From: Thermoanaerobaculia bacterium
GTDB taxonomy: Bacteria; Acidobacteriota; Thermoanaerobaculia; UBA5066
Assembly: GCA_038245905.1 (NCBI GenBank)
Contig: JBBRRY010000005.1
Coordinates: forward strand, 72,742 to 136,741
Direction of reading: 5' to 3'
Length of the DNA: 64,000 bases
Shown here: positions 41,769 through 50,892 of the stretch, one piece after another
How positions within the stretch are numbered: position 1 is the first letter of the stretch
How the letters are laid out: each line of letters starts with the position of its first letter
The notes under the pieces: model-generated
What the model was told of the DNA's origin: nothing
The model's database searches: none
What the model saw: the letters and a program-made list of their open reading frames with translations, nothing else
Made by a program: the position numbers and the translations under genes

Positions 41769-42280
41769 CAGAAATCGACGGTGTAGCGGATCGACGTCCG
41801 ATCGCGCACGCGGTCCAGGTAAACGACGCCATCGAGGTGATCGCTCTCGTGGAGGACGACGCGGGCGTGGAAGTCCTCCGCGACGAAAGTGACCGCCTTC
41901 CCCAACGTGTCGAGGGCGCGCACCCGGATCTTCTTCGGGCGCGGGACCTTCGCGGCGAGGAACGGCACCGAGAGGCAGGCCTCGAAGTCCTCCTCCTCGG
42001 TCGAGTCGAGGACCTCGAAAGACGGATTCACGAGAAGCGTCGGCGGGACCTCCAGGACGTCCTTGCCGCGCTTTTCTCCGTGGACCTCGTAGAGCACGAT
42101 GCGGAGGCCCGTCGACACCTGCGGCGCCGCGAGGCCCGTGCCGTGGTACTCGATCATTGTCTCCATCATGTCTTCGAAGAACGCCCGGAACCGGCCCTTC
42201 CGAAGGTCGTGCGCTTCGATTTCCGACGCGCGCTTCCGGAGGATGGGCGAGCCGAGCTTGGCGACTTTGAGAATGGCCAC
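41768..42280 (-). CDS. def: Peptide deformylase
   Basis: GTGLAAPQV, EACLS, HESDHLDG. Confidence 0.95.
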   Translation of the reverse strand: MAILKVAKLGSPILRKRASEIEAHDLRKGRFRAFFEDMMETMIEYHGTGLAAPQVSTGLRIVLYEVHGEKRGKDVLEVPPTLLVNPSFEVLDSTEEEDFEACLSVPFLAAKVPRPKKIRVRALDTLGKAVTFVAEDFHARVVLHESDHLDGVVYLDRVRDRTSIRYTVDF

Positions 42281-42347
42281 GTGTTCTCCCGGCAGCCAGA
42301 ATGCCCGGCTTCACCCACGCATTGCAAGCGACCTTAGAATCCGTCTC

Positions 42348-43250
42348 ATCAGGTACGTCTTCCTTTTCAATCCCGCGGCCGGGAAGGGCCGGGCGTTGCG
42401 CGACCGAGACCGAATCCGGGCCGCGCTGTCCACCGCTGGTCTCGAGGGGGAGTTCCTCGACACCGAGCGCCCGGGCCACGCCGCGGACCTCGCGGAACAC
42501 GCGGGAAAGAGCGGCGTCGACGCGGTGGTCGCGATCGGCGGCGACGGCACGGTCAACGAGGTCGTCAACGGCCTCATGCGGCTCCCGGAGCCTGCTCGCC
42601 CCACGTTCGGCCTCGTGCCGGACGGCACGGGGAATGACTACGCCTTCGCGCTCGGCCTGCGCCCCGGCGACCTCGCGGAGGCGGCGCTCGTTCTCCTCGC
42701 CGGAAAGACGCGCGTCCTCGATGTCGGGGACATGAACGGACGATTTTTTGCGAACAGCGTCGGGCTCGGCTTCGACGGCGCGGTGGCCGAGGCCGCGTCG
42801 AAGGTCCGCTACCTCAAGGGATTTCCGGCCTACCTGTGGTCCGTCTTCACCGTCCTCAGCGACTGGACGAACTTCGAGCTGACGCTCATCGCCGACGGCC
42901 GCGAGCTCGAAGGCCGCGCGTTCCTGGCGGCCGTCGCGAACGGCCCACGCAGTGGCGGCGGATTCCTTCTGGCGCCCGACGCGAAGCCCCATGACGGGCT
43001 CTTCGACGTGTGCCGCCTTGGCGACCTTCGCAAGGGTGAGGCGCTCCGACACCTGCCGAAAGCTCTCGACGGCTCGCACAAGAACCTGCCGTGGACGACG
43101 ATTCTTCGCGCGCGGGAGGTCACCCTGGCGTCGGACCGCCCCCTCACCGTGCACATCGACGGGGATCTCGTCTTCGGAGCCGGGCACCCCGAACCGCTCG
43201 TCTTCAAGATGCACCCGCGCGCGCTCCGCGTCATCGGAAACTGGCCGTGA
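42348..43250 (+). CDS. Diacylglycerol/lipid kinase family (YegS/DagK)
   Basis: FNPAAGKG, GGDGTVNEV, PDGTGNDYA, DGLFDV; start codon uncertain. Confidence 0.88.
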   Translation: MRYVFLFNPAAGKGRALRDRDRIRAALSTAGLEGEFLDTERPGHAADLAEHAGKSGVDAVVAIGGDGTVNEVVNGLMRLPEPARPTFGLVPDGTGNDYAFALGLRPGDLAEAALVLLAGKTRVLDVGDMNGRFFANSVGLGFDGAVAEAASKVRYLKGFPAYLWSVFTVLSDWTNFELTLIADGRELEGRAFLAAVANGPRSGGGFLLAPDAKPHDGLFDVCRLGDLRKGEALRHLPKALDGSHKNLPWTTILRAREVTLASDRPLTVHIDGDLVFGAGHPEPLVFKMHPRALRVIGNWP

Positions 43251-43269
43251 GGGAGTTCGGATAAGAGGA

Positions 43270-43345
43270 TGGTGCCCAGGGGCGGAATTGAACCGTCGAC
43301 ACCGCGCTTTTCAGGCGCGTGCTCTACCAACTGAGCTACCTGGGC
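43270..43345 (-). tRNA. tRNA-Phe(GAA)
   Basis: GCCCAGGTAGCTCAGTTGGTAGAGC...CTGAAAA...GGTTCAATTCC...CCA. Confidence 0.97.
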
Positions 43346-43454
43346 AGGCCAACCATCGACGCTCGCCACGGGCACGTCCCTTGCGGAGAGGCGAGCCGCG
43401 ACACGCCTGCGCGTTATAAGTGGCGCGCCTAGAATAGTCAACCGAAAGGGAACG

Positions 43455-44381
43455 ATGCTCGCTCTTCTGACAATCCTGCCCCTTCTGGCCCAGGGACCAG
43501 CCTCTCCTCCTCCGAAACCCTCGCCCGCCGCGGATCAATCCGGGAAGGGCAGCGCCATGGCGGGAGCCGCCGGCCTCGAAGTGCTGTGGGCGAGCCGTCT
43601 CGCCGAAGCCGTCGAAGGGGCCAAACGCCTGCGCGACGGCCGCATCCTCATTTTCTTCGTGGAACCCGACTGCGGCCAGTGCAAGCGCATGGAGGCGCTC
43701 GTCGCCCCCTCCACGTCGTTCTTCGCCTACACGCGCGACAAGGTGCCGCTCCTCGAGGACGTGTCGACCGCGGAAGGCAAGGAGCTCGCGCGGCGTCTCC
43801 GGATACGCAGCGTGCCGACGTGGATCGTCGTCACACCGGAGCTCGTCGAAAGCGGCCGTCAGGAGGGTCCGACGAGCCAACAGGGCTGGGTCGACGCGTT
43901 CATTCAGGTCGAGCGCGGGTGGGCCGGCTACCGGAAGGTGCTCGCCGACGAGACCGCCGATCCTTCGAATCCGGGGCTCGTCTTCGAGGCGGCGCGTCAG
44001 ACGTATCAGCGCGGCGGTGGCGCACTGGCGGAGGCGCGGTTCCAGCGGCTCGCTCGCGATCCGAAGACCCAGGCCGCGATCAAGGAGCAGGCTCTCGGGT
44101 ACCTCACGTCCCTCGAAATGGAGTCCGGAAGGTTCGACGACGCGGTCGCCCACCTCGACACGCTCGTCGCGACGGCGCAGGACCCCGTACTCAAGATGCG
44201 GGCCGAACTTCGGCGGGCCGACGTGGAGATCGCGCGCGGCCGGAAGGACCTCGCGGCCTGGCGCCTGAAGGACTTCGTGAAGGCCCATCCGGATACTCCA
44301 CTCGCGGCCGAAGCACAGGCGCTCCTCGACGCGCTGCAGGGCAAGGCTCCTCCCGCGAATCCGGACGCCAAGGAGCACTAA
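43455..44381 (+). CDS. Secreted thioredoxin-fold + TPR protein
   Basis: Signal peptide, CGQC, SVPT cis-Pro loop, C-terminal helical repeats ending in HPDTPLAAEA. Confidence 0.82.
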   Translation: MLALLTILPLLAQGPASPPPKPSPAADQSGKGSAMAGAAGLEVLWASRLAEAVEGAKRLRDGRILIFFVEPDCGQCKRMEALVAPSTSFFAYTRDKVPLLEDVSTAEGKELARRLRIRSVPTWIVVTPELVESGRQEGPTSQQGWVDAFIQVERGWAGYRKVLADETADPSNPGLVFEAARQTYQRGGGALAEARFQRLARDPKTQAAIKEQALGYLTSLEMESGRFDDAVAHLDTLVATAQDPVLKMRAELRRADVEIARGRKDLAAWRLKDFVKAHPDTPLAAEAQALLDALQGKAPPANPDAKEH

Positions 44382-46198
44382 TGTCTCTCCTTCGAACTGC
44401 CTCGGCTCTCGCGCTCGTTCTAGCCGCTCTCCCAGCGCCTGCGGAGCCCATCCCGGCCTCGAACACGATCATCGCTCCGCGCCTTGCGGCCGATGCCGAC
44501 CGGCTCGTCGCGGGAGCGCCTTTCCGCCTCGCCGTAGTCGCCGACGTCAAGGCGGGCTGGCACGTGAACAGTCACACGCCGAAGGAAGATTTTCTCATCC
44601 CGACCGAGATCCGGATAAAGCCCGCGGCGGGTCTCGTGTTCTCGCCCGTGAAGTATCCGAAGCACAAGGAGACGAAATTTTCGTTCTCCGATCAGCCTCT
44701 CGCCGTCTACGAGGGCCGGACCGTTTTCCTCGTGCCCGGCACCGTGGACGCGAAGGCCGCGCCGGGACCCCGCACGCTGACGGCCGTGATTTCGTACCAG
44801 CCCTGCAACGACAACCAGTGCCTTCCGCCCGCCGAGCTCACGGCGACGCTCACCCTCGAAGTCGCGAAGGCGGGGTCGCCCGCTACGCCCGCCAACTCCG
44901 ACGTCTTCGCTCCCCCGGCGGCCGGTAGCGGAGCGGGAGCCGCGGGGAATATCGAGAATGCCATGTCTGCGGGCGCCACGCCGCTCGGAGCCGAGGCCGC
45001 GCCCCTCGGGGCCGCGGCGATGCGCGAGAAATGGAACGTCCAGGGAGTCCCGACTCTTCTCTTCATCGGCCCCGACGGCAAGGAGATCGGCACGCGCGTC
45101 GTCGGTTTCGAGCCGCCCGAGACGTTCGCTCCGCGCTTCAGCGGCGGCGGCCCCGCCGCCGCCGAGGGCGGCCTCGCGGGCAAGTCGCTGCCGCTCCTCA
45201 TCGGGCTCGTCTTCCTGTCGGGCCTCGCCCTCAACCTGACTCCCTGCGTCTACCCGCTCATTCCGATCACGCTCGGGTTCTTCAGCCGGCAGACCGGAGG
45301 AAAGAAGGGTGGAACGTTCGGCCTCGCGCTCCTCTACGTCCTCGGCATGAGCGTCACGTACTCGGCCCTCGGCGTCTTCGCCGCGCTCTCGGGCTCGCTC
45401 TTCGGCGCCTGGCTGCAGAAGCCGGTTGTTCTCCTCTCGATCGCGGCGATCGTCGTCGCGCTCGCGCTCTCGATGTTCGGGCTCTTCGAGATTCGCGTCC
45501 CGCACTTCATCACGGACCGCACCGGGTCGAAATCCGGCGCCGTCGGCGCCCTGACGATGGGACTCTTCGTGGGGTTCGTGGCCGCGCCCTGCATCGGCCC
45601 GTTCGTCCTCTCGCTCCTGACCTACGTCGCGGCGAAGGGCTCGGCGCCTCTCGGCTTCGGGCTCTTCTTCACGCTCGCGATGGGCCTCGGCCTTCCCTAT
45701 CTCGTCCTCGGGACGGTGTCGGGTAGCCTGAAGGCGCTCCCGCGCTCGGGCGAGTGGATGACGGCCGTGCGTCGCGTCTTTGGCTTCGCGCTCGTCGCGC
45801 TCGCGGTCTACTTCCTCCGCCCGCTCCTGCCGCCGCGCTTCTACGAAATTGGCATCGCGCTGCCGCTGCTCGCCGGGGGCGTGTGGTTCCTCTTCTTCGA
45901 GAAGAGCGGGGCCGGTGTGAGGGGATTCTACGCCGCGAAGGCCGCCGTCGCCGTGCTTCTCCTCGCCGCCGGCGGGCTCTTCGCGATGCCCGAGAAGGCC
46001 GGAGCGGCCCTCGCGTTCCAGCCCTATTCGGACGCGGCCGTGGCCGCGGCGCTGGCCGCCGGCAAGCCCGTGATGATCGACTTCTACGCGGACTGGTGCC
46101 TGCCCTGCAAGGAGCTCGACCACAAGACGTTCCGCGACGCGCGCGTGATCGCGGCGGCGAACGGCTGGGTGCTCCTGAAGGCTGACTTGACGAGATAG
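44381..46198 (+). CDS. dsbD: DsbD-like disulfide reductase with rearranged thioredoxin domain
   Basis: alpha domain (GWHVNS, YQPCNDNQC), TM domain (LTPCVYP, APCIGP), terminal DFYADWCLPC; TAATG coupling. Confidence 0.88.
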   Translation: MSLLRTASALALVLAALPAPAEPIPASNTIIAPRLAADADRLVAGAPFRLAVVADVKAGWHVNSHTPKEDFLIPTEIRIKPAAGLVFSPVKYPKHKETKFSFSDQPLAVYEGRTVFLVPGTVDAKAAPGPRTLTAVISYQPCNDNQCLPPAELTATLTLEVAKAGSPATPANSDVFAPPAAGSGAGAAGNIENAMSAGATPLGAEAAPLGAAAMREKWNVQGVPTLLFIGPDGKEIGTRVVGFEPPETFAPRFSGGGPAAAEGGLAGKSLPLLIGLVFLSGLALNLTPCVYPLIPITLGFFSRQTGGKKGGTFGLALLYVLGMSVTYSALGVFAALSGSLFGAWLQKPVVLLSIAAIVVALALSMFGLFEIRVPHFITDRTGSKSGAVGALTMGLFVGFVAAPCIGPFVLSLLTYVAAKGSAPLGFGLFFTLAMGLGLPYLVLGTVSGSLKALPRSGEWMTAVRRVFGFALVALAVYFLRPLLPPRFYEIGIALPLLAGGVWFLFFEKSGAGVRGFYAAKAAVAVLLLAAGGLFAMPEKAGAALAFQPYSDAAVAAALAAGKPVMIDFYADWCLPCKELDHKTFRDARVIAAANGWVLLKADLTR

Positions 46199-46224
46199 AG
46201 AACGAAATCTTCTCTTCGTCCGAA

Positions 46225-46944
46225 CTATTGTCGAAGAAAGTCTCCTTGATCCAGTTTCTTCAGTAGAGCATCCGCGGCGCTCCTCTGGGCATCTTTCTTC
46301 GAGCTGGCTTCGCCGCGCGCGCTAATTCCCTCACTCCAGAACACCTCGTACACGAAGCGTGGGTCGTGCGGCGGGCCACTCTCTTCGACGAGGCGGTAGA
46401 CCGGCAGTGACCTGCCCTCGGCCTGCGCGCGCTCCTGAAGCGCGGTCTTCGGATCCCGGCGTTGCAGCTCCCCGAGATCGAGCGCCGCCACGTCGGTGTC
46501 GAAGAGCCGTCCCGCCGCCGCGCGCGCGACCTCGATGCCGCCCTCAAGGAGCAACGCGGCAAACACCGCCTCGAACGCGTCCGCGAGGCGCGCGTCCCTT
46601 TCGCGCCCGCCCGCCCTCTCCTCTCCGGGAGAGAGGCGCAGGAGCGGTCCGAGTCCGACCCGCCTCGCGAGCGCGGCGAAGTGCCCCTCCGAAACGAGGA
46701 GCGAGCGCGCCTTCGACAGCGTGCCCTCGCCCTCGAGGGGAAAGGCCGCGAAGAGCTTCTCCGTCACGAGGAAGTTCAGGACGCTGTCGCCGAGAAATTC
46801 GAGCGTTTCGTTGTCCTCGGCGTCTTCCGTCTCGTTCGCGTACGAGGCGTGCGTAAGGGCGCGCCGCAGCATAACGGAATCGCGAAAGCGATGGCCGAGA
46901 GCGCTCTCGAGCGCGTCCATGACTTCCGGGCCGTCCGAGGGCAT
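46225..46944 (-). CDS. rnc: Ribonuclease III
   Basis: ALTHAS, NETLEFLGDSVL, LADAFEA, DPKTALQE dsRBD. Confidence 0.96.
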   Translation of the reverse strand: MPSDGPEVMDALESALGHRFRDSVMLRRALTHASYANETEDAEDNETLEFLGDSVLNFLVTEKLFAAFPLEGEGTLSKARSLLVSEGHFAALARRVGLGPLLRLSPGEERAGGRERDARLADAFEAVFAALLLEGGIEVARAAAGRLFDTDVAALDLGELQRRDPKTALQERAQAEGRSLPVYRLVEESGPPHDPRFVYEVFWSEGISARGEASSKKDAQRSAADALLKKLDQGDFLRQ

Positions 46945-46962
46945 CGGGCCTCCCGCGCGATG

Positions 46963-47214
46963 CTAAAGCGGATTCCGCCAGCGCAAGCCGGGAAACCGCG
47001 AAAAGTCGGCGTCGTTCGTTCGCCGGGGGTCGAGAGGGTGGACGAGGACAGCCGGATGCGTCATAAGGCGGACGAATCCGCATACGACCGCCCAGGGCAT
47101 GCCCACTGGGTCGGATCCGTTGAGCAGTCCTTGCCACCACGCCCTGGCCCCGGCGTGATGCGGGGCATGGCGGTTGTAGTCGAAGACGAGAAGATTGACG
47201 TCCGGCAGGATCAT
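46963..47214 (-). pseudogene. vapC: VapC PIN toxin with internal deletion (83 aa)
   Basis: MILPDVNLL...FVRLMTHP joined directly to TNDADFSRFPGL.W.NPL; central DA.LAA motif absent. Confidence 0.75.
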
Positions 47215-47480
47215 CGATCGGCCCGCGTCTCCTGGACGAAGTCCTCCGCCTCGATCTGGTCCACGACCTGGTTCAGCTTGCCAGGGTCGACACCAGGTTG
47301 GAGACGGCTCGAATGGGGCTCGACGGCGAAGCGGCGTCGCGGCGAAGGCGCGGCCTCCTGAGCGGCGAGCCCGCGGCGAAGCACCGTATTGAGCGCCACC
47401 TTGAAGGAGGTGCGCCTCCGACGCGCGTACTCCTTGAGCTTGTCGGCCACGTCCTGCTCGAGAGTCACCGTGGTTCTCAT
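47211..47480 (-). CDS. vapB: VapB-type antitoxin
   Basis: MRTTVTLEQDV...SFK..LN..LRRGL; ATGA overlap with vapC. Confidence 0.85.
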   Translation of the reverse strand: MRTTVTLEQDVADKLKEYARRRRTSFKVALNTVLRRGLAAQEAAPSPRRRFAVEPHSSRLQPGVDPGKLNQVVDQIEAEDFVQETRADR

Positions 47481-47483
47481 AAA

Positions 47484-47497
47484 GGCATCATGATGCC
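47484..47497. promoter_or_regulatory. Palindromic TA operator
   Basis: GGCATCATGATGCC perfect palindrome 3 nt upstream of antitoxin ATG. Confidence 0.65.
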
Positions 47498-47657
47498 GTA
47501 TTGATCTGCTATCAAGATGACTCATCCCGTCCTGTCGTAGCTCCATGAAAGTGTCGACTACGACGAAAAAGGGGAAATTTCTATTGAGCGTTGACAGACC
47601 TGGACGTTGGGAAACGGGACGGCGGCAGCAAAGAGGGCGCTCGCGCAGCCGCCGGCG

Positions 47658-48134
47658 TCACGACTGCTTTGTCACTTTGTCGGTCGTGCCCCTTCGGCGG
47701 AGCACGAAGAGAGACAGTGTGATCGCCACGAGCAGCGCCGAAAGAACGGCGAGCTCGGGCACGAGCTGTGGGGGAGGTGCCTGTCCGGTTGCCTGGCCGA
47801 ACTCCGCTGTGAGGATCAGCACGCGCCTGATCGCCGCGATGAGCCCGACGAGGAGGAACGGCTCTGGAGTGACCGCATGCTCCTTGAACGACACCTGAAC
47901 CGTATAGAGAAGCTCGACGACGAGGAGGATCAGGAGAATCCGGTCGAGGAGAGGGATGATTTGTGTGGCCAGGTCACCGGAAAAGAGACTGCTGCCGAAG
48001 CGGATGATCGTGATCACCAGAAGGGCGACAGCGCTCCCGGCGAGAAGTACGCCGAGACCGACGTAGACGAGATCTTCAACCGCCGCGAATCCGCGGGCGA
48101 TCAGGGTGCGCGTTGGTGGCGATTCTGCCGGCAC
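47658..48134 (-). CDS. PsiE-like (phosphate-starvation-inducible) membrane protein
   Basis: LLILLVVELLYTV, EPFLLVGLIAAIRRVL. Confidence 0.85.
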   Translation of the reverse strand: MPAESPPTRTLIARGFAAVEDLVYVGLGVLLAGSAVALLVITIIRFGSSLFSGDLATQIIPLLDRILLILLVVELLYTVQVSFKEHAVTPEPFLLVGLIAAIRRVLILTAEFGQATGQAPPPQLVPELAVLSALLVAITLSLFVLRRRGTTDKVTKQS

Positions 48135-48206
48135 GTTTCCTCCGAGCGCGTCATGTTTAGCATACGTCCGTCAAAGCCGCCTCGACCGGAGCGGACGGGT
48201 TTCGAC

Positions 48207-48295
48207 TGGTACCGGAGGAGGGACTCGAACCCTCACGGCTCTTTTGAAGCCTGGGGATTTTAAGTCCCCTGCGTCTGCCATTTCGCCACTCCGGC
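48207..48295 (-). tRNA. tRNA-Leu(TAA)
   Basis: GCCGGAGTGGCGAAATGGCAGACGC, GGGGA-CTTAAAA-TCCCC, long variable arm, CCA. Confidence 0.96.
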
Positions 48296-48340
48296 GCCGC
48301 GAAGCTTACGCCGGAAGGCGGACCGGAGGGAGTGCGGGAG

Positions 48341-48416
48341 TGGAGGCGACGGTCGGGGTCGAACCGACGAATGAGGCTTTTGCAGAGCCTTCCCTTAACC
48401 ACTTGGGTACGTCGCC
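48341..48416 (-). tRNA. tRNA-Cys(GCA)
   Basis: GGCGACGTACCCAAGTGGTTAAGGG, AGGCT-CTGCAAA-AGCCT, GGTTCGACCCC, CCA. Confidence 0.96.
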
Positions 48417-48453
48417 GTCCCGTTCGGAGGCAGAATGTTAGCAGGCTCCGGCG

Positions 48454-49425
48454 TCAGCTCGACATCATGCGCGCGAGGGCGAAGAGGGAGGGGTCGAGAG
48501 GTTTCGTCCCCGCGGCGACGTCGTCGAAGGGGGTAGACGACACGACGCCCTTGAGCTGGCCGACGAGCACGCCGGCCTCTCCCGCCACGAGTCGCCGGAC
48601 GGCCTCCGCCCCGAGCCGTGTCGCAAGGAGCCGGTCGAAGGCCCCTGGCGAACCGCCCCGCTGCACGTGCCCGAGCTGCGTGACGCGGAGGTCGAAGCCG
48701 AGCCGCTTCTCGTTCTCACGGAAGTATTGCGCGAGCGCACGGGCGTTGTGGCGCGCCCCCTCGGCCACGACCACGATCGCGTGCCTCTTGCCTCGCTCGC
48801 GCGAAGCGTAGAGCTCCTGTGCGAGCGCCTCCGGGCTCGTCTCCATTTCCGGGATCACGATCGCCTCTGCTCCGCCGGCGATTCCAGCCACCAGCGCGAG
48901 GTACCCGCAATCGCGCCCCATCACCTCGACGAGAAACGCCCGCTCGTGCGACGAGGCCGTCACCTTCAGGCGGTCGATGGCCTCGAGCGCGATGTTGAGG
49001 GCCGTGTCGACGCCGATCGTGATGTCGGAGCCCGGCAGGTCGTTGTCGATCGTCGAGGCCACACCTACCACGGCGAAACCGGCCTTTGCCAGCATGTTCG
49101 CGCCCATCTGCGAACCGTTTCCGCCGATCACGACCAGCCCTGTGACGCCGCGAGCCTTGAGCACGCCGAGCGCCTGCTCGCGTCCCACGGGCGTCTTGAA
49201 CGCCTCGCAGCGGGCACTGCCGAGAATCGTGCCGCCCTGCTGGATGATTCCGCCGACGTCTCGCGGGCCGAGCGGGATCAGCTCGCCGCCGAGGAGGCCC
49301 GCGAAGCCGTGGCGGACTCCGGAAACGGTCCAGCCCTGCGCGATGCCGGCGCGCACGACCGCGCGGATTGCCGCGTTCATGCCGGGCGCGTCGCCTCCGC
49401 TCGTGAGAACGGCCAGGTGGCTCAT
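48454..49425 (-). CDS. pfkA: ATP-dependent 6-phosphofructokinase
   Basis: LTSGGDAPGMNAAIR, GGTILGSAR, TIDND, VEVMGR, LGHVQRGG. Confidence 0.95.
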   Translation of the reverse strand: MSHLAVLTSGGDAPGMNAAIRAVVRAGIAQGWTVSGVRHGFAGLLGGELIPLGPRDVGGIIQQGGTILGSARCEAFKTPVGREQALGVLKARGVTGLVVIGGNGSQMGANMLAKAGFAVVGVASTIDNDLPGSDITIGVDTALNIALEAIDRLKVTASSHERAFLVEVMGRDCGYLALVAGIAGGAEAIVIPEMETSPEALAQELYASRERGKRHAIVVVAEGARHNARALAQYFRENEKRLGFDLRVTQLGHVQRGGSPGAFDRLLATRLGAEAVRRLVAGEAGVLVGQLKGVVSSTPFDDVAAGTKPLDPSLFALARMMSS

Positions 49426-49447
49426 GGGATCTCCTTTCGGCCCCGGT

Positions 49448-50818
49448 TCATGCGGGAGCGGCAAACGGCCACTCGGATTTCCGGCGGGCCGTAACGAGGT
49501 ACGCGACGATGCCGGCGCCGAGAACAGCGAGCCCGGCCGCCTTGAATCCCTTCTCGGGCGAGAACAGGACGAAGCCCCACAGGAGGAGCGCGACGAACGC
49601 CGGCAACGGGTAGAGCCACATGCGGAACGGCCGAGCGAGATCCGGTCGTGTCTTCCTGAGGACGAGCGCCGCCGCGACCTGCGCGATGAACGGGATGATC
49701 GCCCGGATCGACACGATGGCCGAGACGACGACCTTGAGGTTCAGGAACGAGAACAGGGAGGCCGCGCCGCCGAGCGCGAGGAGCGCGACGACGGGATAGC
49801 CCTCCGTCGGATGCAGCTTCGCGAACACCGGGAAGAAGTTTCCGTCCCGCGCCGCGGCGAAGAGAATGCGCGAATAGCCGAGCGTCAGAGAGAATACCGA
49901 CGCGAACGCGGTCCACAGGATGAGGCCCGTGACGAGGCGCGCGACGGGCCGCCCCGCGAGGACCGCGACGAAGTCCGCGACCGTGGATTTCGAGCTCATC
50001 GCCTGCTGCATCGGGAGGACCGACACGATGCAGGCGTTCATCAGAATGTAGAGGACCGCCACGGAGAGAATCGAGATCACGATGACGCGCGGAATCGTCT
50101 TCGTGGGCTCCTTGATCTCCTCGGCGAGATAGCAGACGTTGTAGTAGCCGAGGTAGTCGTACACGGCGAGGATCAGCGCAAGGCCGAGTCCTCCGAAGAT
50201 GCCCGCGGGCGGTGGAATTCCAGGCGCGGACACGATGGGCGCCTCCCAGAACCGGAACGCCTCGAGCTTCAGGTGCGGGAGGCCGAGACCGATCACGATC
50301 CCGAGCGTCGCGAGGACGCCGATCCAGAGAACGATTGAGAACTTGCCGATCGCGCCGATCCGGCGCATGAGGAGCAGCGTGACGGCGATGCAGAGGAGAG
50401 ACGCGACGGGCGCCTCCCAGCGGTCCGGGATCTCCGGAAAGATGTAGTGTAGGTAGCGCGAGAAGCCGATCGCGCCCGAGGCCATCGAGAGAGGCGCGGA
50501 GAAGATGATCTGAAAGAGAAACAGGAAGGAGATGAGCCGGCCCCAGCGGGCGGGACCGTACGCTTCCCTCAGAAAGGCGTAGGAGCCGCCGGCGCGCGGC
50601 AGCTCGGCCGAGAGCTCGGCCGTGACGAGCCCGTCCGCGATGGCGAGGACCGCGCCGAGGATCCACGCGCCGAGCGCGCGTCCCCCGCCCATCGCGGCGA
50701 GAATGAGAGGAAGGGTCACGAAGGGCCCGATCCCCACCATGTCGATGATGTTGAGCGCGGTGCCCTGCCAGAGGCCGATGTCGCGCTTGAGCCCGCCCTC
50801 CGCCGCCGGTGCCGCCAT
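49448..50818 (-). CDS. APC-family amino acid permease
   Basis: DMVGIGPF, ELSAELPRAGGSY, about 12 TMs, RPFRMWLYP. Confidence 0.9.
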   Translation of the reverse strand: MAAPAAEGGLKRDIGLWQGTALNIIDMVGIGPFVTLPLILAAMGGGRALGAWILGAVLAIADGLVTAELSAELPRAGGSYAFLREAYGPARWGRLISFLFLFQIIFSAPLSMASGAIGFSRYLHYIFPEIPDRWEAPVASLLCIAVTLLLMRRIGAIGKFSIVLWIGVLATLGIVIGLGLPHLKLEAFRFWEAPIVSAPGIPPPAGIFGGLGLALILAVYDYLGYYNVCYLAEEIKEPTKTIPRVIVISILSVAVLYILMNACIVSVLPMQQAMSSKSTVADFVAVLAGRPVARLVTGLILWTAFASVFSLTLGYSRILFAAARDGNFFPVFAKLHPTEGYPVVALLALGGAASLFSFLNLKVVVSAIVSIRAIIPFIAQVAAALVLRKTRPDLARPFRMWLYPLPAFVALLLWGFVLFSPEKGFKAAGLAVLGAGIVAYLVTARRKSEWPFAAPA

Positions 50819-50892
50819 CCGCGCACCTTACATGAGCACGAAGAAGGAAATCGGAGAGAATTATTTCTTCGAAAGGGTTAGGTGCCGGCGCC

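Noticed and set aside
41535-43214. 559-aa minus-strand ORF, and similar N-terminally extended ORFs at 43586, 22006-23271, 38656-40041, 56822
   Set aside because: Only the C-terminal parts are real genes; extensions overlap neighbouring genes
46196-46260. Stop-codon readthrough or frameshift completing the DsbD thioredoxin
   Set aside because: Sequence after TAG shows no thioredoxin similarity and runs into the rnc 3' end; the missing half is upstream
46960-48207. Integrative element at tRNA-Leu 3' end (psiE, vapBC)
   Set aside because: No att repeat or recombinase found by eye; at most an old islet
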